Shown: one piece after another, positions 1 through 13,279 of the stretch
How the letters are laid out: each line of letters opens with the position of its first letter
Numbering within the stretch: position 1 is the stretch's first letter
Assembly: GCF_004010195.1 (NCBI RefSeq)
Contig: NC_057753.1
Span: 2,960,087 to 3,024,086 of the forward strand
DNA from: Chiloscyllium plagiosum
Lineage: Eukaryota
Length of the DNA: 64,000 bases
Reading direction: 5' to 3'
Notes under the pieces: model-generated
Databases searched by the model: none
Told to the model about the DNA's origin: nothing
The model's input: only the letters and a program-made list of their open reading frames with translations
Translations under genes and position numbers: made by a program

Positions 1-243
1 ATAAGACTATCTCGTTGGAGTCTTTGGTTACAGAATTACACTTTACAAATAATACCTGCTGCATTTCGTATAAATGTGATTATAGTTGCGTTATTGCAGA
101 CATAACAGAAAAGGTGCAGATAAGATTGGAGAGCATTGAGAGATATAAAGGTAGGTTAATAACATATGCATTTCATTGTAAAGGTATAAAGAATTACAGA
201 AATAAAAAACACTTCTTTTCATTTTGGTAGTTCTTTTATTCCA

Positions 244-799
244 GGAGTTATAAAACCAGGGACAATGTTAGCGGTTATGAAACAAAGGTATTTTGAAAAT
301 TTGGTCATGTAGCAACTACGACCAAACAGCAGAGCAACTGCCATAGAGCCGGAGAGCTGACTCCCTATCTAACGTCTTGTTCTCAAATAAATTAGAAGAC
401 ATTCTCTATCAAAAAGCTGTCTTCATATAAAACATAATCATGTTAAAAAAAGACCCAGGGAGATCAGCAGATAAAAGATTGAGGACAGTAGAAAAGACAA
501 GGAGTGTGTTAACTTGAAATTAAGTTAATGTAATATATAATAAGTATGTGATTTGAACAGCTCTTCTTGTGTTGGGGTCAGATAGTACGTAGTTAAGAAA
601 AAGGGGCTTGCATTTGTGATTAGATTTTCTTTAGTTTTCACGATGAGAGTTAGGAAAATGAATTGCTATTTATCTTTAAATAGTGGAAATTGGGAGTACT
701 CTGTCACTCATCCACATTTTAACAGGTTACAAGGTGAGACGAGCTTTTCTGGGTATTTGGCTTTGAGTAACAGAGGAGTCGGATCTCAACGTCGTAACA
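244..799 (+). mobile_element. Partial LTR of Gypsy/Gmr1-type element
   Basis: Ends ...CGTAACA at 799. Reverse-complement match to LTR 35130-35630 with the same flanking host sequence. Confidence 0.75.
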
Positions 800-869
800 C
801 AAAGTATTGCAATATTCATTGTGAGGAGAGTGATTTTTAAAAATATATTAAACCTACTTATCCATTACT

Positions 870-2056
870 TTCTTCGGATTATACAGCGTATTTTATAAAA
901 TTTCCCTAAATTTGCTTTGAGACTTTGCATCAATAAATGTGTTTGTACAGCAACTCAGCAACTGAACCTAGATCACACATTCTTGGAATATACTTTTGGT
1001 GCAACCGGAGACTTTTATAGCATAATCAGTTGCATGCCATTCATAAAACAGCTCAAGAATATACGGGCTTGAAATCACCCAAAAAGGCGACGAGTAACAT
1101 GAAGGACTTTCTCTCATTCTGCACGTCTGGGTCACGATGACCATCTGTATTGCCTTGATCACCGAATATTTCTGAGCTTTGCTGAACCATTAATACTTGT
1201 TTAACTGTCAGAGGATTCAGTGTGTTGTAACATGGCGATGGACACTTCTGCTGATTAAACCATACTCTGAGAATGCCAGCTTTTTTTTGTGTGTCCACCG
1301 CAAACATTGGATGATCCCACTAGTTTAAAGTTGTCAAAACAGTAAAATTCAAATTTGATTGGGGTTTTGTATCCTAGAGCATCGTTTAAACTGATTGATT
1401 AATTTCAAACTGTGATCAAAATAACTGAGGTATCTAGTTTACAGCCAAGTGTTGCATATATTCAATTTTCCAGAAAACTTTGAGACTTCTAGTCAGTCAC
1501 ATGACAGTTGCCTGCAACTAAGTGCAAATGGCCCATCACTCTCTCTTGTTAGTACATTACATGCCTGCGACTTCATAACGAGGAAAAGAACGAAACAGAA
1601 CAGCCAGGGAAGGATGAAGATAAGATTAAAACAATTAAGCACTGACCACAAATGAGATCCAGTGAATGTCTTCCAGTTTGCACCATTAAGTGGCGTAATC
1701 AATGACAAAGATCGTTCGTGAAGAAAATACCTTGCAAACGTCTCAGCAGAAACCATTCCTATAATCATTACTGTCTTCTATCAGTGAAATGTCTTCTTTT
1801 CAGCTTCAGGATAAAAAATGGACGGAAATCGATCAAATATGAAAGCAACACTAAACCATGCAGAGCTATCTCTGGATGTCTGGATAAAAGCATTGTTGAC
1901 ACCGCACACTTGTGTAACAGACAATTCTGCATGGAAAATGTTTGTCAGGAAAATGGTTCATTTACGCAGTAATAACGTGGTTTTCAATCACGCCCATGGA
2001 AACCGGATACTGGCTGATATATTAGGAGCAGACAGGAACACAATCTCCTAAATGAA
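870..2056 (-). pseudogene. GPCR pseudogene psi1 (exon 2 remnant), interrupted by a solo LTR
   Basis: Minus strand reads LSVTQVCGVNNAFIQTSRDSSAWFSVAFIFDRF, LNPLTVKQVL, DPDVQNERKSFMLL, QLLSCCTNTFIDAKSQSKFRE, with stops and frameshifts. Confidence 0.85.
1223..1580 (-). mobile_element. Internally deleted solo LTR inserted in TM5 of psi1
   Basis: Termini TGTTGTAAC...CATAACG. Body similar to 35640-35919. Absent from paralog psi2. Confidence 0.7.
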
Positions 2057-2969
2057 TTAGAATTAACATAGAGTGCGAGTTCCGTATTAGGCAAACAAAC
2101 GTAATACATGAAAGTAAAACAGAATTTGCTGGAAACATTCAGCAGGTCTGACAGCATTTGTGAAGAGAAATCAGAGCTTCTGTTCCAGTGATCCTTTCTC
2201 AGAACAATGGATTGGAATTCTGAAACATGCCCGTCTTTAGTGCTGAAATTAACATGGCTTAGATTCGTGCAAAATTCTCAACAAGGGAAATATATATATC
2301 CAAAACAATCAGAATCAAAACTGTTCAATAAATGGAAAAGTTCAATATATAGATAACATTGACTTCATTATGGCATTCTCAAACAGTGGATAAAGATGTG
2401 CCGTGTTCAGATTCAGGACAAACAGTTGAAAATGACAGAACAAAAAGTCGTGTAAGTCAGTCGTGAGAAGGGACTGTATAGGGGAAAGATAGACTTTGCT
2501 GTGGTTTCAAACGAGACACCAGAATGGCATGTTGGTCCTCTGGTGCCATGATCAACCATGCCTCAGAGGGAGAAGAGAATGCTGTGAATGGGGAGAATGA
2601 GCAGGCAAAGGTTGTAGTCCGTAAAGACAGGAAAAGAGATGAATTTGTGTGACGGGAGTTCAGTCAGCTGCTTAGGAAGATGAAAAGCGGATCTCCAGAA
2701 TTTAAACCTCAGAATTATTTCTTGTGCCATATGTCAGTGAAGCTAGGAATAGAACTAATTTATTTATTGTTGCCATATGTACTGAGATACAGTGAAAAGT
2801 GTTGTTTTAGGTAAAATGCAGGCAGTTCCTTTCAGACAAAATGCAGCAGGAGAGCAGAACGGAATGCAGAATACAGTATTACAGGTGCAGAGAGAAGGAG
2901 CTCAGGATAAAATTTGAGAAGTCCGTTCAAACAACTGCTAGAAGCTGTTCTTGAATTATTCGTGCATAT

Positions 2970-4230
2970 AGAACATAGAAAATGGAAATGTACAGCACAG
3001 GAGTGAACGCTTCCGCCCACGATGTTATGTCGAACAAGATACCAAATCAAACTTATCCCTTCCGCCTGCCCTTGGCCCATAACTCTCTATGGCTTGCATA
3101 TTCGTGCGTTAATCTAAAACTGTCTTCAATTTGCCTCAGCATCACTCCTGCCAGCGCATTCCAGACTCCTACCACTGCTTGTGTGTAACAACTTGCCCCT
3201 TACATCTCCTTTGAATCAGACCCCTCTCACCCTAAATGCATGGCCTCGAGATTTAGACATGACTACTCTAGGAATTAGATTCTGACAGTCAATCTTATCT
3301 ATGCATTTCATAATTTTATAGACTTCTGTTAAGTCTTCCCTCAGCATCCGTCATTCCAGAGAAAACAACGCAAGCTTTTCTACCTCTGTTTATAATTCTG
3401 TAATTCAGGAAGAACCTGGGTAAACCTCTTCTGCACCCCTCTGCAAAGCCTCTACATCCTTTCTGTAACGTGGCGAATAGAATTGAACACAGTACTGTCG
3501 GCGTGACATAAATAAAGTCTTAAAGAACCGCAACAGACAAACTGAACATTGTACACAATTCCCCAACCAATATACCAAAATCCCACTTTACCACCCTATC
3601 TATTTGCGTGGCCACTTTCACAAAGCTATGGACTTGAACCCTAGGATCCCTCTGTCCATCAATGCTGTTCAGGGTCCTCCCATTAATGGTATACTTTAAC
3701 TTAATTTTTGATCTCACAGACTGCAGCACGTCACACTTAAACGGATTAAACGCCATCTGCCAATTTCTCTGCCCATATCTGCAACTGATTTATGTCCTTC
3801 TATTTCCTTTGACAATTTTCTACACTCTCCACATCTCCAGTGATCTTTATATTTTCTGCAAACTTACGAGTTCACCCATCTAAATTTTCATCCAAGTCAT
3901 TTGTGCATATCACAAACAGCAGGAGTCCCAGTACAAATACTTGCAGAACACCACCAGTCACGGAGCACCAACCTGATAAGCAACATTCCACCGCGATCCT
4001 CTGTATTCTATCAGCAAGCCCATTATTGATCTATGCTGCCAAGCCACCATGGATTCCATGTATATTAAAACGCTGGGTGAGACTTGTCGAAAACCTTACT
4101 AGAATACATACAGTTAACATCCACTGCTCTCCCTTATTCTATTTCCCTTGTCACCTTTCCAGAAAATTCGATCAACTTAGTAAGACATGGCCTTTGGCCC
4201 ACGAAATAGTGACAAGTACGTAATATTAAT
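2970..4230 (-). mobile_element. CR1 LINE 3' portion (degenerate RT to 3' tail)
   Basis: Reads MAFNPFKCDVL...QVHSFVKVATQIDRVVK. 3' tail GAACATAGAA at the left end. Confidence 0.85.
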
Positions 4231-4240
4231 CTAAGATCGA

Positions 4241-4469
4241 CCAAGAATGTTGCTGGAAAAGCACAGCAGGTCAGTCAGCATTGGAGGAACAGGAAAATCG
4301 ATGTTTCGGGCAAAAGCCCTTCATCAGGAAAATCAGATTTTCCTTATGAAGGGCTTTTGCCCGAAACATCGTTTGTCCTGCACCTCAGATGCTGCATGAC
4401 CTGTTGTGCTTTTGCAACACCACTCTAATCTTGACGCTAATCTCCAGCATCTGCAGTACTCACTTCTGC
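4241..4469. mobile_element. Palindromic (head-to-head) Penelope-derived hammerhead-bearing short element
   Basis: Inverted arms ~4247-4334 and ~4336-4423. Flanking near-duplication CTAAGATCGA (4231) and CTAAGATCAA (4470). Confidence 0.8.
4296..4330 (-). ncRNA. Minimal type I hammerhead ribozyme motif (triplet decayed to ATC)
   Basis: Minus strand CTGATGA-A-GGGC-TTTT-GCCC-GAAAC-ATC. Confidence 0.65.
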
Positions 4470-5204
4470 CTAAGATCAATCTAAACCACAAACTCCTCAA
4501 TTTACTGCCTTTCATGTGCTTGTCCAGCAGTCGCTTAAATGTCACTCATGTGTCTGACTTTACTCCCACTTTATGATCAAAGGCGATATGTTTAACGGAG
4601 ACATAAGAGACAAGTATTATCTGCAGAGTGTGCAAGTGCCTTAAATGTGTTACCCAAAAGGTGGTTAGGCGAATACAATCGCAACTCATGAGAGGCATCT
4701 TGACAAATTCTTGACGAGGCAGCGAGTCGGGGATATGGCTTTTGGAATAATATTTTGATAAGATTAGAAGGTATCATGTATGAGCATAATCTTGGTGTCC
4801 CTAAGGGCATATGCCTATGCTGTACTCTTCTTTGTTATTTCTATTCCTTGATTTCTCTACATAGATGCTTACAGACATGCTGAGTTTCTCGAGCAATTTC
4901 TGTTTTGTTCATCTCACTTACTAGCTGCAATTTATCTTTTACAAACTCGCTGAACTGCTGGATGGAGAAATGGAGTGATATAAAAACCTTAGAGTAATAG
5001 AACTAATAACAGTCGTGCATTAATAATAGACGATATTCAGATAAACGCATTTCATTGCTGAAAATCCCTGCATACTACCAATCTTATGGAAATGAACTGA
5101 GAAAATTGAAGGATGTGCAAAATGTTAAGAGAAAATATTGAATATTGGAAATCATTTGAAACTAGAGTAAGTCAGATGCAGAGATAATTACAAAAAAACT
5201 ACAG

Positions 5205-5835
5205 TTAGATTCATAGAGTCATCGAGTTATAGAGTCCTACAGCACAGAGATAGACCGTTTGGTCCGAACTGGTCCATGCCGACAAAAATGTCTGTCCATG
5301 CTAACACAATTTCCCTGCACTTGGTCTGCATACTTCCAAATCTTTCCTATCCGTGTATTTGTCCAAATTACTTTTAAATATTTGCTAATGTACCCGCCTG
5401 AACCACTTCCACTTATCGCTCATTCTATATCCATATCACCCCCTGTGTAAAAACGTTGCCACCCATGTTTCCTTTTATTCTTTTCTATCTAACCTTAAAC
5501 TGATGCCTTCTCGTCTTCGATTCCCCAACCCTGGGAAAAAGACTGAGTACATTCACCCTATGCCTGCCTCTCATGATCTTATACACCTCCATAAGCTATT
5601 CCCCGCCCCCCTCCCCGCCCCCGACCTTAGTCTCTGACGCTGTAATGAAGGAAGTCCTAGCTTGTCAAACCTTTCCCGATAACTCACACTATTGAGTCCA
5701 GGCAGCATTCTTGCAAATTTCTTCTGCATTCTTTCCAATTTAATAACATGCTTCCTATTGCAAAGTGACCAATACTGGGCTCAACAACGTGGAGACATGC
5801 AACATAACTTCCCAACCTCTGTACTCAACGCCTGG
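5205..5835 (-). mobile_element. CR1 LINE 3' end (paralog of 22700-23320)
   Basis: VEYRGWEVML motif and (CATAGAGT)-type tail. Confidence 0.8.
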
Positions 5836-6519
5836 AATGTTCAGCATTTCTTCTAAAAAGCAAGCAGTGCTATGAAACTGTTGATCGAAGCATGATCTTG
5901 GAATATTCAAAAATAGGTCGAACATAAAGATTTTGCTAATACACATTCATGAAACAGATCTTTGCCTATCTTAGTTACCACATGCACCACAGAACAGGAG
6001 AAAGCAGATAGTCCACACCGGTAGTGTGGACACTTGATTTATTGAATATCTCCAACGATCGTCCTATTGAAAAGATTACCTGCAAATAAATGCAAGACCA
6101 GTCCATGGAAGTTTTCACAAGCCTGCTGTGTGTCTGGAAGAACACTGGCAATAATCCCCAATAGATTTATTTGCCTCTTCTCAGTTTAGTAATTGAGAAA
6201 CCTCGTTCACATGAATGGTTTTTCGACCTGATCGAGTATCTCGCTTCTGAATATTGATGCATTCAATGTAGAGGACAACATTTTTTTAAAAAAAATCGGA
6301 ACAACACATTACAACAAATTAAGCAGCACTGTATTAAATGGAAGCTGCACTAAAGTACATCTGCATAATCCAAATGATACAATCGAGGGTGCTAAATCCA
6401 AGCCATCAGAGGCGGATACGGGCATGAGGAGACTTTAAGCGATGCACCAGTGGACGTTGAGTACAACGTAAAGACAGAACTGTGTGTGCATGTCAAACTC
6501 AATTGTCAGTGACTGTCCC

Positions 6520-7075
6520 TGTGAGCCCGATAATTCCAGGAAGAAAGCGAAACAACGCCTTTTCTTCACCAGATGGCTTAGGAAATTTGCAACATCCACA
6601 AAATCCATCCCATGCTTTTACAGATACACCATTGAAAGCATACTGTCTGGGTGAATAAACGACCTGGTATGGCAACTGTTCTGCCCAGGATCATAATAAA
6701 CTACAAAAAGTTGTGTCAACAGTCAAACGTCAATCCATGGATTCCATTTGCATCGTTTGTTGCCACAGAACGGCTTGTAGCATCATCAAAGATAATTGTG
6801 CCAGGCAGTGCTCTCCTACAACCTCTTCCATCTGGCAGAAGTTACGGAAGTTTGAAAACATGCAACAGTAGTTTAAACTACAGCATCTTCCCTGTGCTTA
6901 TTAGAGTGATGAGCAGACTCTCGAACTTAAAATAGTGCCAATCCTGGTAATGTTGAACATGCCTAATGCACGCCTTATGCGAAGTAACCCACATGGCTCT
7001 GTACAACGTTTATGATTTATAATGATGTTCATATACTGCTCGTATACAAAGCTTTTCACTGTACTTTGGTAAAGA
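6520..7075 (+). mobile_element. Rex1/Babar-like LINE 3' fragment (paralog of 21360-21990)
   Basis: Reads KKAKQRLFFTRWLRKF...FYRYTIESILSG, WYGNCSAQD, LQPLPSGRSYGSLK. Confidence 0.75.
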
Positions 7076-7819
7076 AGAAAATACGTAAATCAATGTATCA
7101 ACTATGAAGATGTCTTATTGCTGATTTAGATTCAGCAAACAAAAACCCCTTTTATCCTTATCGACAGATGGATTACAGTGTTAGACTTGTTGCTAATATC
7201 CAGTTTCTCCAACCTGCAATCAGACTTTCAGACCATATAAGTCAAACGTAGTTGACCAATCACTAGTCAGCATTTACTGACAGAGAGCAAGAGAGAATTA
7301 TAATGTGGAAGAGAAAGAGATGAGGTAGGGAACACATATTGAGACACGTTGTATTCCTCTTTGGAAACGCTCGTACATCCTACCTTTTGGCCTCCTCAAT
7401 TTGCAGCCCTTTTGCTTTATCTATTACAGATCTGAATTGTGTTACATTTCCTACTGGAAATAAGTAGCATGTCAGGATCGTTTCACCACATATTTAAAAA
7501 AATACAAATCCTTACGTCTCGAACACGTTGAAGTCGCAAACATTATTTTTCGTTACATTATAGTGATATCGAGTTAGCCCGTTTAACAACGCCCATTATC
7601 CATCTCTGCAACTACACTGCGTTGTGTGATTTCTGAAAGAGATCCCTGAAGTAGGCGTTAAAAGTGGCGGGATGGAGCAGGGAGGCAATGTAAGGCAGAT
7701 GTTGTTCAAATACAATAAAGTTTCTACTTTTGATTCCTATTATTGTCGACCATGTGTTTCTTTACCAAGTCATTTCTCGAAAAAATTCAAGTACTGCAAA
7801 GACACTGGTGACTGTCACA

Positions 7820-8392
7820 TTTTATGCATCAGGCCAGACCCACTCAAAGCATTTCAAGTATGTTATATAGACTCTGTTTCTTTTTCTTAATATGAAGGTA
7901 AATGTGTAGTGGATATTCCAGATGTGTAGCAGCTGGTCAAATAGACTTTTGCGTTAAGGAAAGCAAAATTTATTTAAATATTACAGTTGAAACACGAACA
8001 AAAGAAAACAGAATTTAGAATAATTAATTACTTGAAAACCTATCCCTTTCGATATAACAATGAACCTAAAGAACTGTTCAGATTCCCTTAAAATCCCATA
8101 AATACACCCCTTGGCAAAAAGATAAATTCAACACAGGTGCTGACAGACAGGATTTCAGAGATGAAGCCAGTCAGTGGCCATCTGCTGAAGCTTGGAACCT
8201 TTGTCTGGACTTCAGCAACTTCTCGCTGTTATAACTTAGATAACTGGAAAAAACGTGAACTGGGAGAACTGAATACACCCCTGCCATCGTTAAACTAGGC
8301 TCTTACCAGATACTTCTGCACCTTTGCCTTAACAACATCTCTTGGAAAAAACCAGGACTAATTAATCTTGTTAAAGGGGCAGCATCGTCAGA
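7820..8392 (-). mobile_element. Solo LTR (paralog of 20494-21062)
   Basis: Same family as LTRs at 50223, 54897 and 58756. Ends GGGGCAGCATCGTCA. Confidence 0.8.
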
Positions 8393-8884
8393 CACACAGT
8401 CAAGGAATTGGGAGAGCGTGTTTATTCATTATCATGAAGTTAATTATCATTTGTTTCCATTTACAGCTGAACATTTTTTAATTGAATCCAACCTTTTCAT
8501 TCATGTTAACAGTAAAGATGACCTCTTGATTGTGGATATAAACGGGAGGATTGAAATTAATACAATTTTAATTTCAGTTTGCCCTCCAGCATTTCGTCAA
8601 TTCGTCGATATTTGGGCACAGTTTTGTAGTTCCGAGATGATGTTGTTCAACAAGGGATATTCGGTATAAACGATTGAATTCTCATTTCAAAGCATACCAT
8701 AGTACTGAAGAGTAAATCAATACTCAATATAGTATTAATTTTCCATAACTTGTTATTCCTTAATATGCAGGGTTCATCAGATTGGCTTGGCAATTATCCA
8801 ATGAAAATAAAACTTGTGGGATTTTGGCTTTGTATCAGAAGTTAGTCAGTATGCAGATGAAAAGTGAAAATAAATGAGAACAAC

Positions 8885-9214
8885 TTAAAATCGCTAAAGT
8901 GTGGAAACAGGCCCTTCGGCCCAGCAGGTCTACACTGGTCCTCCAAAGAGTAACCAACCCAGATCCATCCCCTTATTACTCTACATTTCCCTTGACTAAT
9001 GCAGCTAACACTACGGGCAATTGAGCATAGCCAATCCACCTAAACTGCATGCCTTTGGATTGTGGGAGGAAACTGGAGCACACCCACACAGACACGGGGA
9101 GACTGTACAAACTCCACGCATTCAGTCGCGTGTGATTGGAATCCAGCCTTGATCCCTGGTGCTGTGATGCTGCAGCGCTAACCACTGAGCCACTCTGCCA
9201 TGCTGCCGTTCCCC
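8885..9214 (-). mobile_element. HE1-type tRNA-derived V-SINE
   Basis: Box A TGGCTCAGTGGT, degenerate box B, V-domain CTCCCCGTGTCTGTGTGGGT, LINE-derived tail GGGCCGAAGGGCCTGTTTCCACACT. Absent from the duplicated partner near 19990. Confidence 0.85.
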
Positions 9215-9349
9215 TAATTAAAACTGTTTTCTTTTCACAACAAAGTATGTGAATTGTTTCAAATTCTGCATGTGAGATTGATGGCCAATGGATAGGAAGA
9301 TTAAAGTGTAGAATATAACATTGAATTACAATTAGAAGTCACTTTTGCA

Positions 9350-10058
9350 TCAATGAAATTGCTTGAAAATTAAACTGCATGGGTAGATAAATCCATCCTT
9401 TAACTCCATTCTGAATTTATTCTGAGTTCTTGGATAAATAAATGCGTTTTACAGGAACTCAAAAGCTGAAGCAGGTTTCTATTTTCCTGTGGACGAAATG
9501 TTGTCTCACTTCCGTCAGAACCTGTGTAATAAGAAACATTTACAATTGATTCATGAACTTTGGTCATGAAATGTAACGAGTATAACCGGATGAAGCTGCC
9601 AGAGATGGCAATGAGAAAAATGATGGACTTGGCCTGCTTCTCCATCTCAGTGTCACTTTGGGTCTTTCCATTACTTGTGGTTTTCAGCCTCCTGGGAGCA
9701 CTGTTGGCGGCTAGAATGTCCCTGATTGTCAGAGCATTGAGCAGTTATATCGAAATGAATGGATAATAAGGAGTCAAAACTACATGAAACCGGTCATATA
9801 CGGCCCATGCACGCGATACATAGTATGTTCATTTAAGTTCCCAAAACAGGGAACATTGTTTTCAATGTGCAAATGTTCGAATATAAAGTCAAAGATGAAC
9901 TTCTCAGACAGCTCAATGTACAGGTTGTTCCAAATACCCATATCGTTGTTTTCTTTGTATGATACTGTGCTTTCAGCTTCGAGCAAAGAATGTCTTCAAA
10001 TCGATCGAAAGTAAAAGTAACGCTTGACCTGGCAGAACTGTCAACTGCTGCATGGGTA
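9350..10058 (-). pseudogene. 5'-truncated inverted copy of GPCR gene A exon 2 (TM3 to C-terminus)
   Basis: Reverse complement aligns with 19130-19845 (KSIIFLIAISGSFIRLYSLHFMTKV, NVSYYTGSD, LQLLSSC). Frameshifted, and abutted at ~10060 by a CR1 fragment. Confidence 0.9.
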
Positions 10059-10059
10059 T

Positions 10060-10285
10060 TCTGCAGGGATTGATGTTCGACTCTTGTCTTTTCTGATTTG
10101 TATCAACAATTTGGAGATGGGGTTTGAGGACAAATTGTCTAAATTTGCTGATTATACTAAGGTAGGAGAACAAAGAATAATGAGGATAATACTAAGCAGC
10201 ATCAAAGGAGCATTGACAGGTTAACCAAGTGGGCAGACGGTAGTCCCTGCAAAGAAATGTGAGGCAATGCATTTTTTTCTAGAAC
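10060..10285 (+). mobile_element. CR1 RT fragment truncating the gene A pseudocopy
   Basis: Reads FLICINNLEMGFEDKLSKFADYTKVG. Confidence 0.75.
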
Positions 10286-11296
10286 TGGGGTCACATAGTA
10301 AGCTATTAAGAAAAGGTAGCTTGGAATTGTGAATACTGTTTTTTTGTTTAGTGTAAACATCATTTCCAACTTGTCTCCAACCTGAAAACTGCCCTTCTGT
10401 TTTCTATATTTTCGCCAATTTCTAACCAGTGCTGCTAAGGATGCATCAATCCCAGGGCGTTATGAATCTGTGAAGTTCTTTCGCGCAGAGAGCTGTCAAG
10501 GTTGGGTGGTTGCATATGTTCCATGCTGAGATACATATTTTAGTCATTGTAATAATCAAGAGTTAGTTTGAAAATGCTTGAAATTTCAGTAACGGATTAT
10601 CACATCAGCTATGACCATATTGAATGTTGGACAACAGACTTGATGGGTTGAAGAACCTATTGCTTTTCTTGCATCTTATGGTCCAATAGGAAGTTAACTG
10701 AACTAAAGAATGTAGAGTACATGCACTAAACTATTTGTTTCGCTGTTAGATATTGATGGATACTTACACTTCTAAATTAATTTTGTTTCAGTTACCATAC
10801 GTAAAGCATTTTTCCTTTGTATTATTGTGTGTGCAAGTGGGCCACACCACTCTGAATGAAATTATTGGATTATGCCACATGTAATTTATTTGTGCTGAAG
10901 TACACCTTGCCAGAGCGAATGTAATTCCATTTAACGGAGCCTTGCCACACTGAACGTATTCTGTTTTACTGAAATTTGTCACACTAGAATTTATTGGGTT
11001 TAAATAAGTTTTGATGCAGAAACTCCAAATGAGTTTCACTGAATCATTTCAGACCGAACTTAATTGGGTCTAACTGACTTTCATATGGTTAATGCACGAA
11101 ATAGTGATGAGGGTCCTTCGCAATCTTCGGATGATGTGGAATAATCTCCATATCACCTGCGATCATGCAGACTGAATAAAGCTCAGGTCAAATAATAGAT
11201 TATGTTCACCTTTACAAGCAACCTATTTCTCATCAATTATGACTATTGCTGGAACCAAGGAAATAAGCCCCTACGTTGGAGGTATTTTGTAAACTA

Positions 11297-12745
11297 CAAA
11301 GAACAAAGAAGAACAAAGACAATTTACAGCCCAGGAACAGGCCCTTCGGCCCTCCAAGCCTGAGTCGATCCAAATGTAGTCTTAACCTGTCGGTCAATTC
11401 TTAAGCATCTGTATCCCTCTACTCCCCATCTACTCATGCATCAGTCCAGACGCATCTTAAATGAACCTACCATGCCTGCCTCCACCACCTCTAATGGTTA
11501 CGCGTTCCAAACGCCCACCACCCTCTGAGTGAAGTACTTGCTGCATGTCTGCCCCTTAAACTTTCCACCTCTCACCTTGAAAGCGTGACCTCTCGTTATT
11601 GAATCCTTCACCCTAGGAAAAGGCTTGTCTCTATCCACCCTGTCTATACCCTTCATGATTTTGTCAACCTCAATCAAGTCCCCCCTCAGTCTCCTTTTTT
11701 CTAATGAAAATAAACCTAATCTACTCAACCTTTCTTTATAGCTAGCACCTTCCATATCAGGTAACATCCTAGTAAATCTTCTCTGCACCCTTTCCAAAGA
11801 GTCCACATCCTTTTGGTAATGTGGCGACCAAAACTGTACACAGTACTCTAAATGCAGCCGAACCAATGTCTTGTACAATGTTAACATGATTCGCCAGCTC
11901 TTATTCTCAACACCCTTTCCAATGAAGGCTAGCATACTATATGAGTCTAGATTAGAATGGTGCTGGAAAAGCACACCCTCGGATGCTGCCTGAACTGTTG
12001 TGCTTTTCCAGCACCATTCTAATCTAGACTCTGGTTTCCAGCATCTGCAGTCATTGTTTTTACCCTTTTAGCTAGCATACTATATGTTTTCTTGACGACT
12101 CTGTCCACCTGTGAAGCAACCTTCAGGGTACAATGGACCTGCATTCCCAGATCGCTTTGCCCATCAACTTTTCCCAAGGCTCTTCCGTTCATTGTCTTAT
12201 TCGCTCTAGAATTAGTCTTGCCTAAGTGCATCACCTCACATTTGTCTGGATTGAAAACCATCTGCCACTTCTCCACCCAACTCTCCAGTCTATTTATATC
12301 CTCCTGTATTCTCTGAGAGTCCCGTATGCTTTCTGCTACTCCACCAATCTTCGTGTCATCTTCAAACTTGCTGATCAGACCAACAGTGCCCTCTTCCAGA
12401 TCATTGATGTATATTACAAACAACAGTGGCCCCAACACTGCCCTCTGTGGAACATCACTGGTCACCTTTCTCCATTTCAAGAAACTCCCTTCAACTACTA
12501 CTCTCTGTCTCCTGTTGCTCAACCAATTCATTATCCACCTAGCTAGAACACCTGGCATACCATATGGCTTCACTTTCTCCATTAGTCTTCCTTATCAAAG
12601 GCCTTACTAAAGACCATGCACATGACATCAGCAGCCCTCCCTTCGTCTATCAACGTGGTCACTTCCTCGAAGAACTCTATTAAATTGCTATGGCGAGATC
12701 TCCCCCGCACAAAGCCATGTTGCCTATCACTGATAAATGCCTCAA
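11297..12745 (-). mobile_element. Relatively young CR1 LINE (RT to 3' tail) with nested Penelope-tail insertion
   Basis: ORFs 12019..12582 (VPQRAVLGPLLFVIYINDL, KFEDDTK) and 11498..11974 (LYKTLVRLHLEYCVQFWSP). Tail (ACAAAGA)n. Confidence 0.92.
11944..12070. mobile_element. Short Penelope-derived tail insertion with 33-bp inverted repeat and 16-bp TSD
   Basis: GCTAGCATACTATATG at 11928-11943 and 12071-12086. Perfect inverted repeat 11943-11975 / 11999-12031. Confidence 0.88.
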
Positions 12746-13209
12746 CTCGCTTTGTTCTTTGTTTTCTGCTGGATCTCTTGTTAATTTTAAGACCAAAATG
12801 GCTTTGTTTCGATATGCAAAACTATGAAAGGATGTGGCCCAAAGACAGTTGCGTGGAGTTAAGCAACCAATCAGACACGATTGCATTGAAAGGCAGAACA
12901 TACTCGAGGGCCTGAATGGTCCATTCCTGTTTCCATGTTTTTATAAAGAGAAAATGTAACTTAAATCTTAGTGCGAACTTTGGATTTCATTTTTGACACG
13001 CATATTTTGAAGAGCTATCTATTATATCAAAACATAAACGTGATCCCAGGAGTAGCTGTGTGTGTGTTTTTTTTTTAATTTCAATTCGTGTAGTTCGTCT
13101 TCTTTTCGAAAAGTAAAACAGATTAATTATGCCCCAAGAGACTGGAATAATGGATAAATGCTTCTTTCCTTCTACGCATTACTGAACTTACCCAGAGCAA
13201 CTGGTAGTC

Positions 13210-13279
13210 ATGCATGGAATACCAAAAGGTCTTGTGTTTGCCATTTACTATCCCATCATTGCAGCTATCGGGGTTCCAG
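13210..13279 (+). CDS. GPR139/GPR142-like GPCR gene A, coding exon 1 (MHGIPKGLVFAIYYPIIAAIGVP + G)
   Basis: ATG at 13210, 70 nt, ending at phase-1 donor CCAG|GTAATA. Encodes the TM1 start YYPIIAAIGVP. Near-identical 70-nt exon at 47241. Confidence 0.88.

Larger units (their letters stand above)
244..10058 (-). repeat. Left arm of inverted segmental duplication (partner ~19130-35630)
   Basis: Collinear inverted similarity in unique sequence and shared TE junctions, e.g. 4850-5200 vs 23320-23690, 5850-6450 vs 22080-22680, 8400-8880 vs 20010-20480, 2100-2960 vs 32400-33300. Confidence 0.9.
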
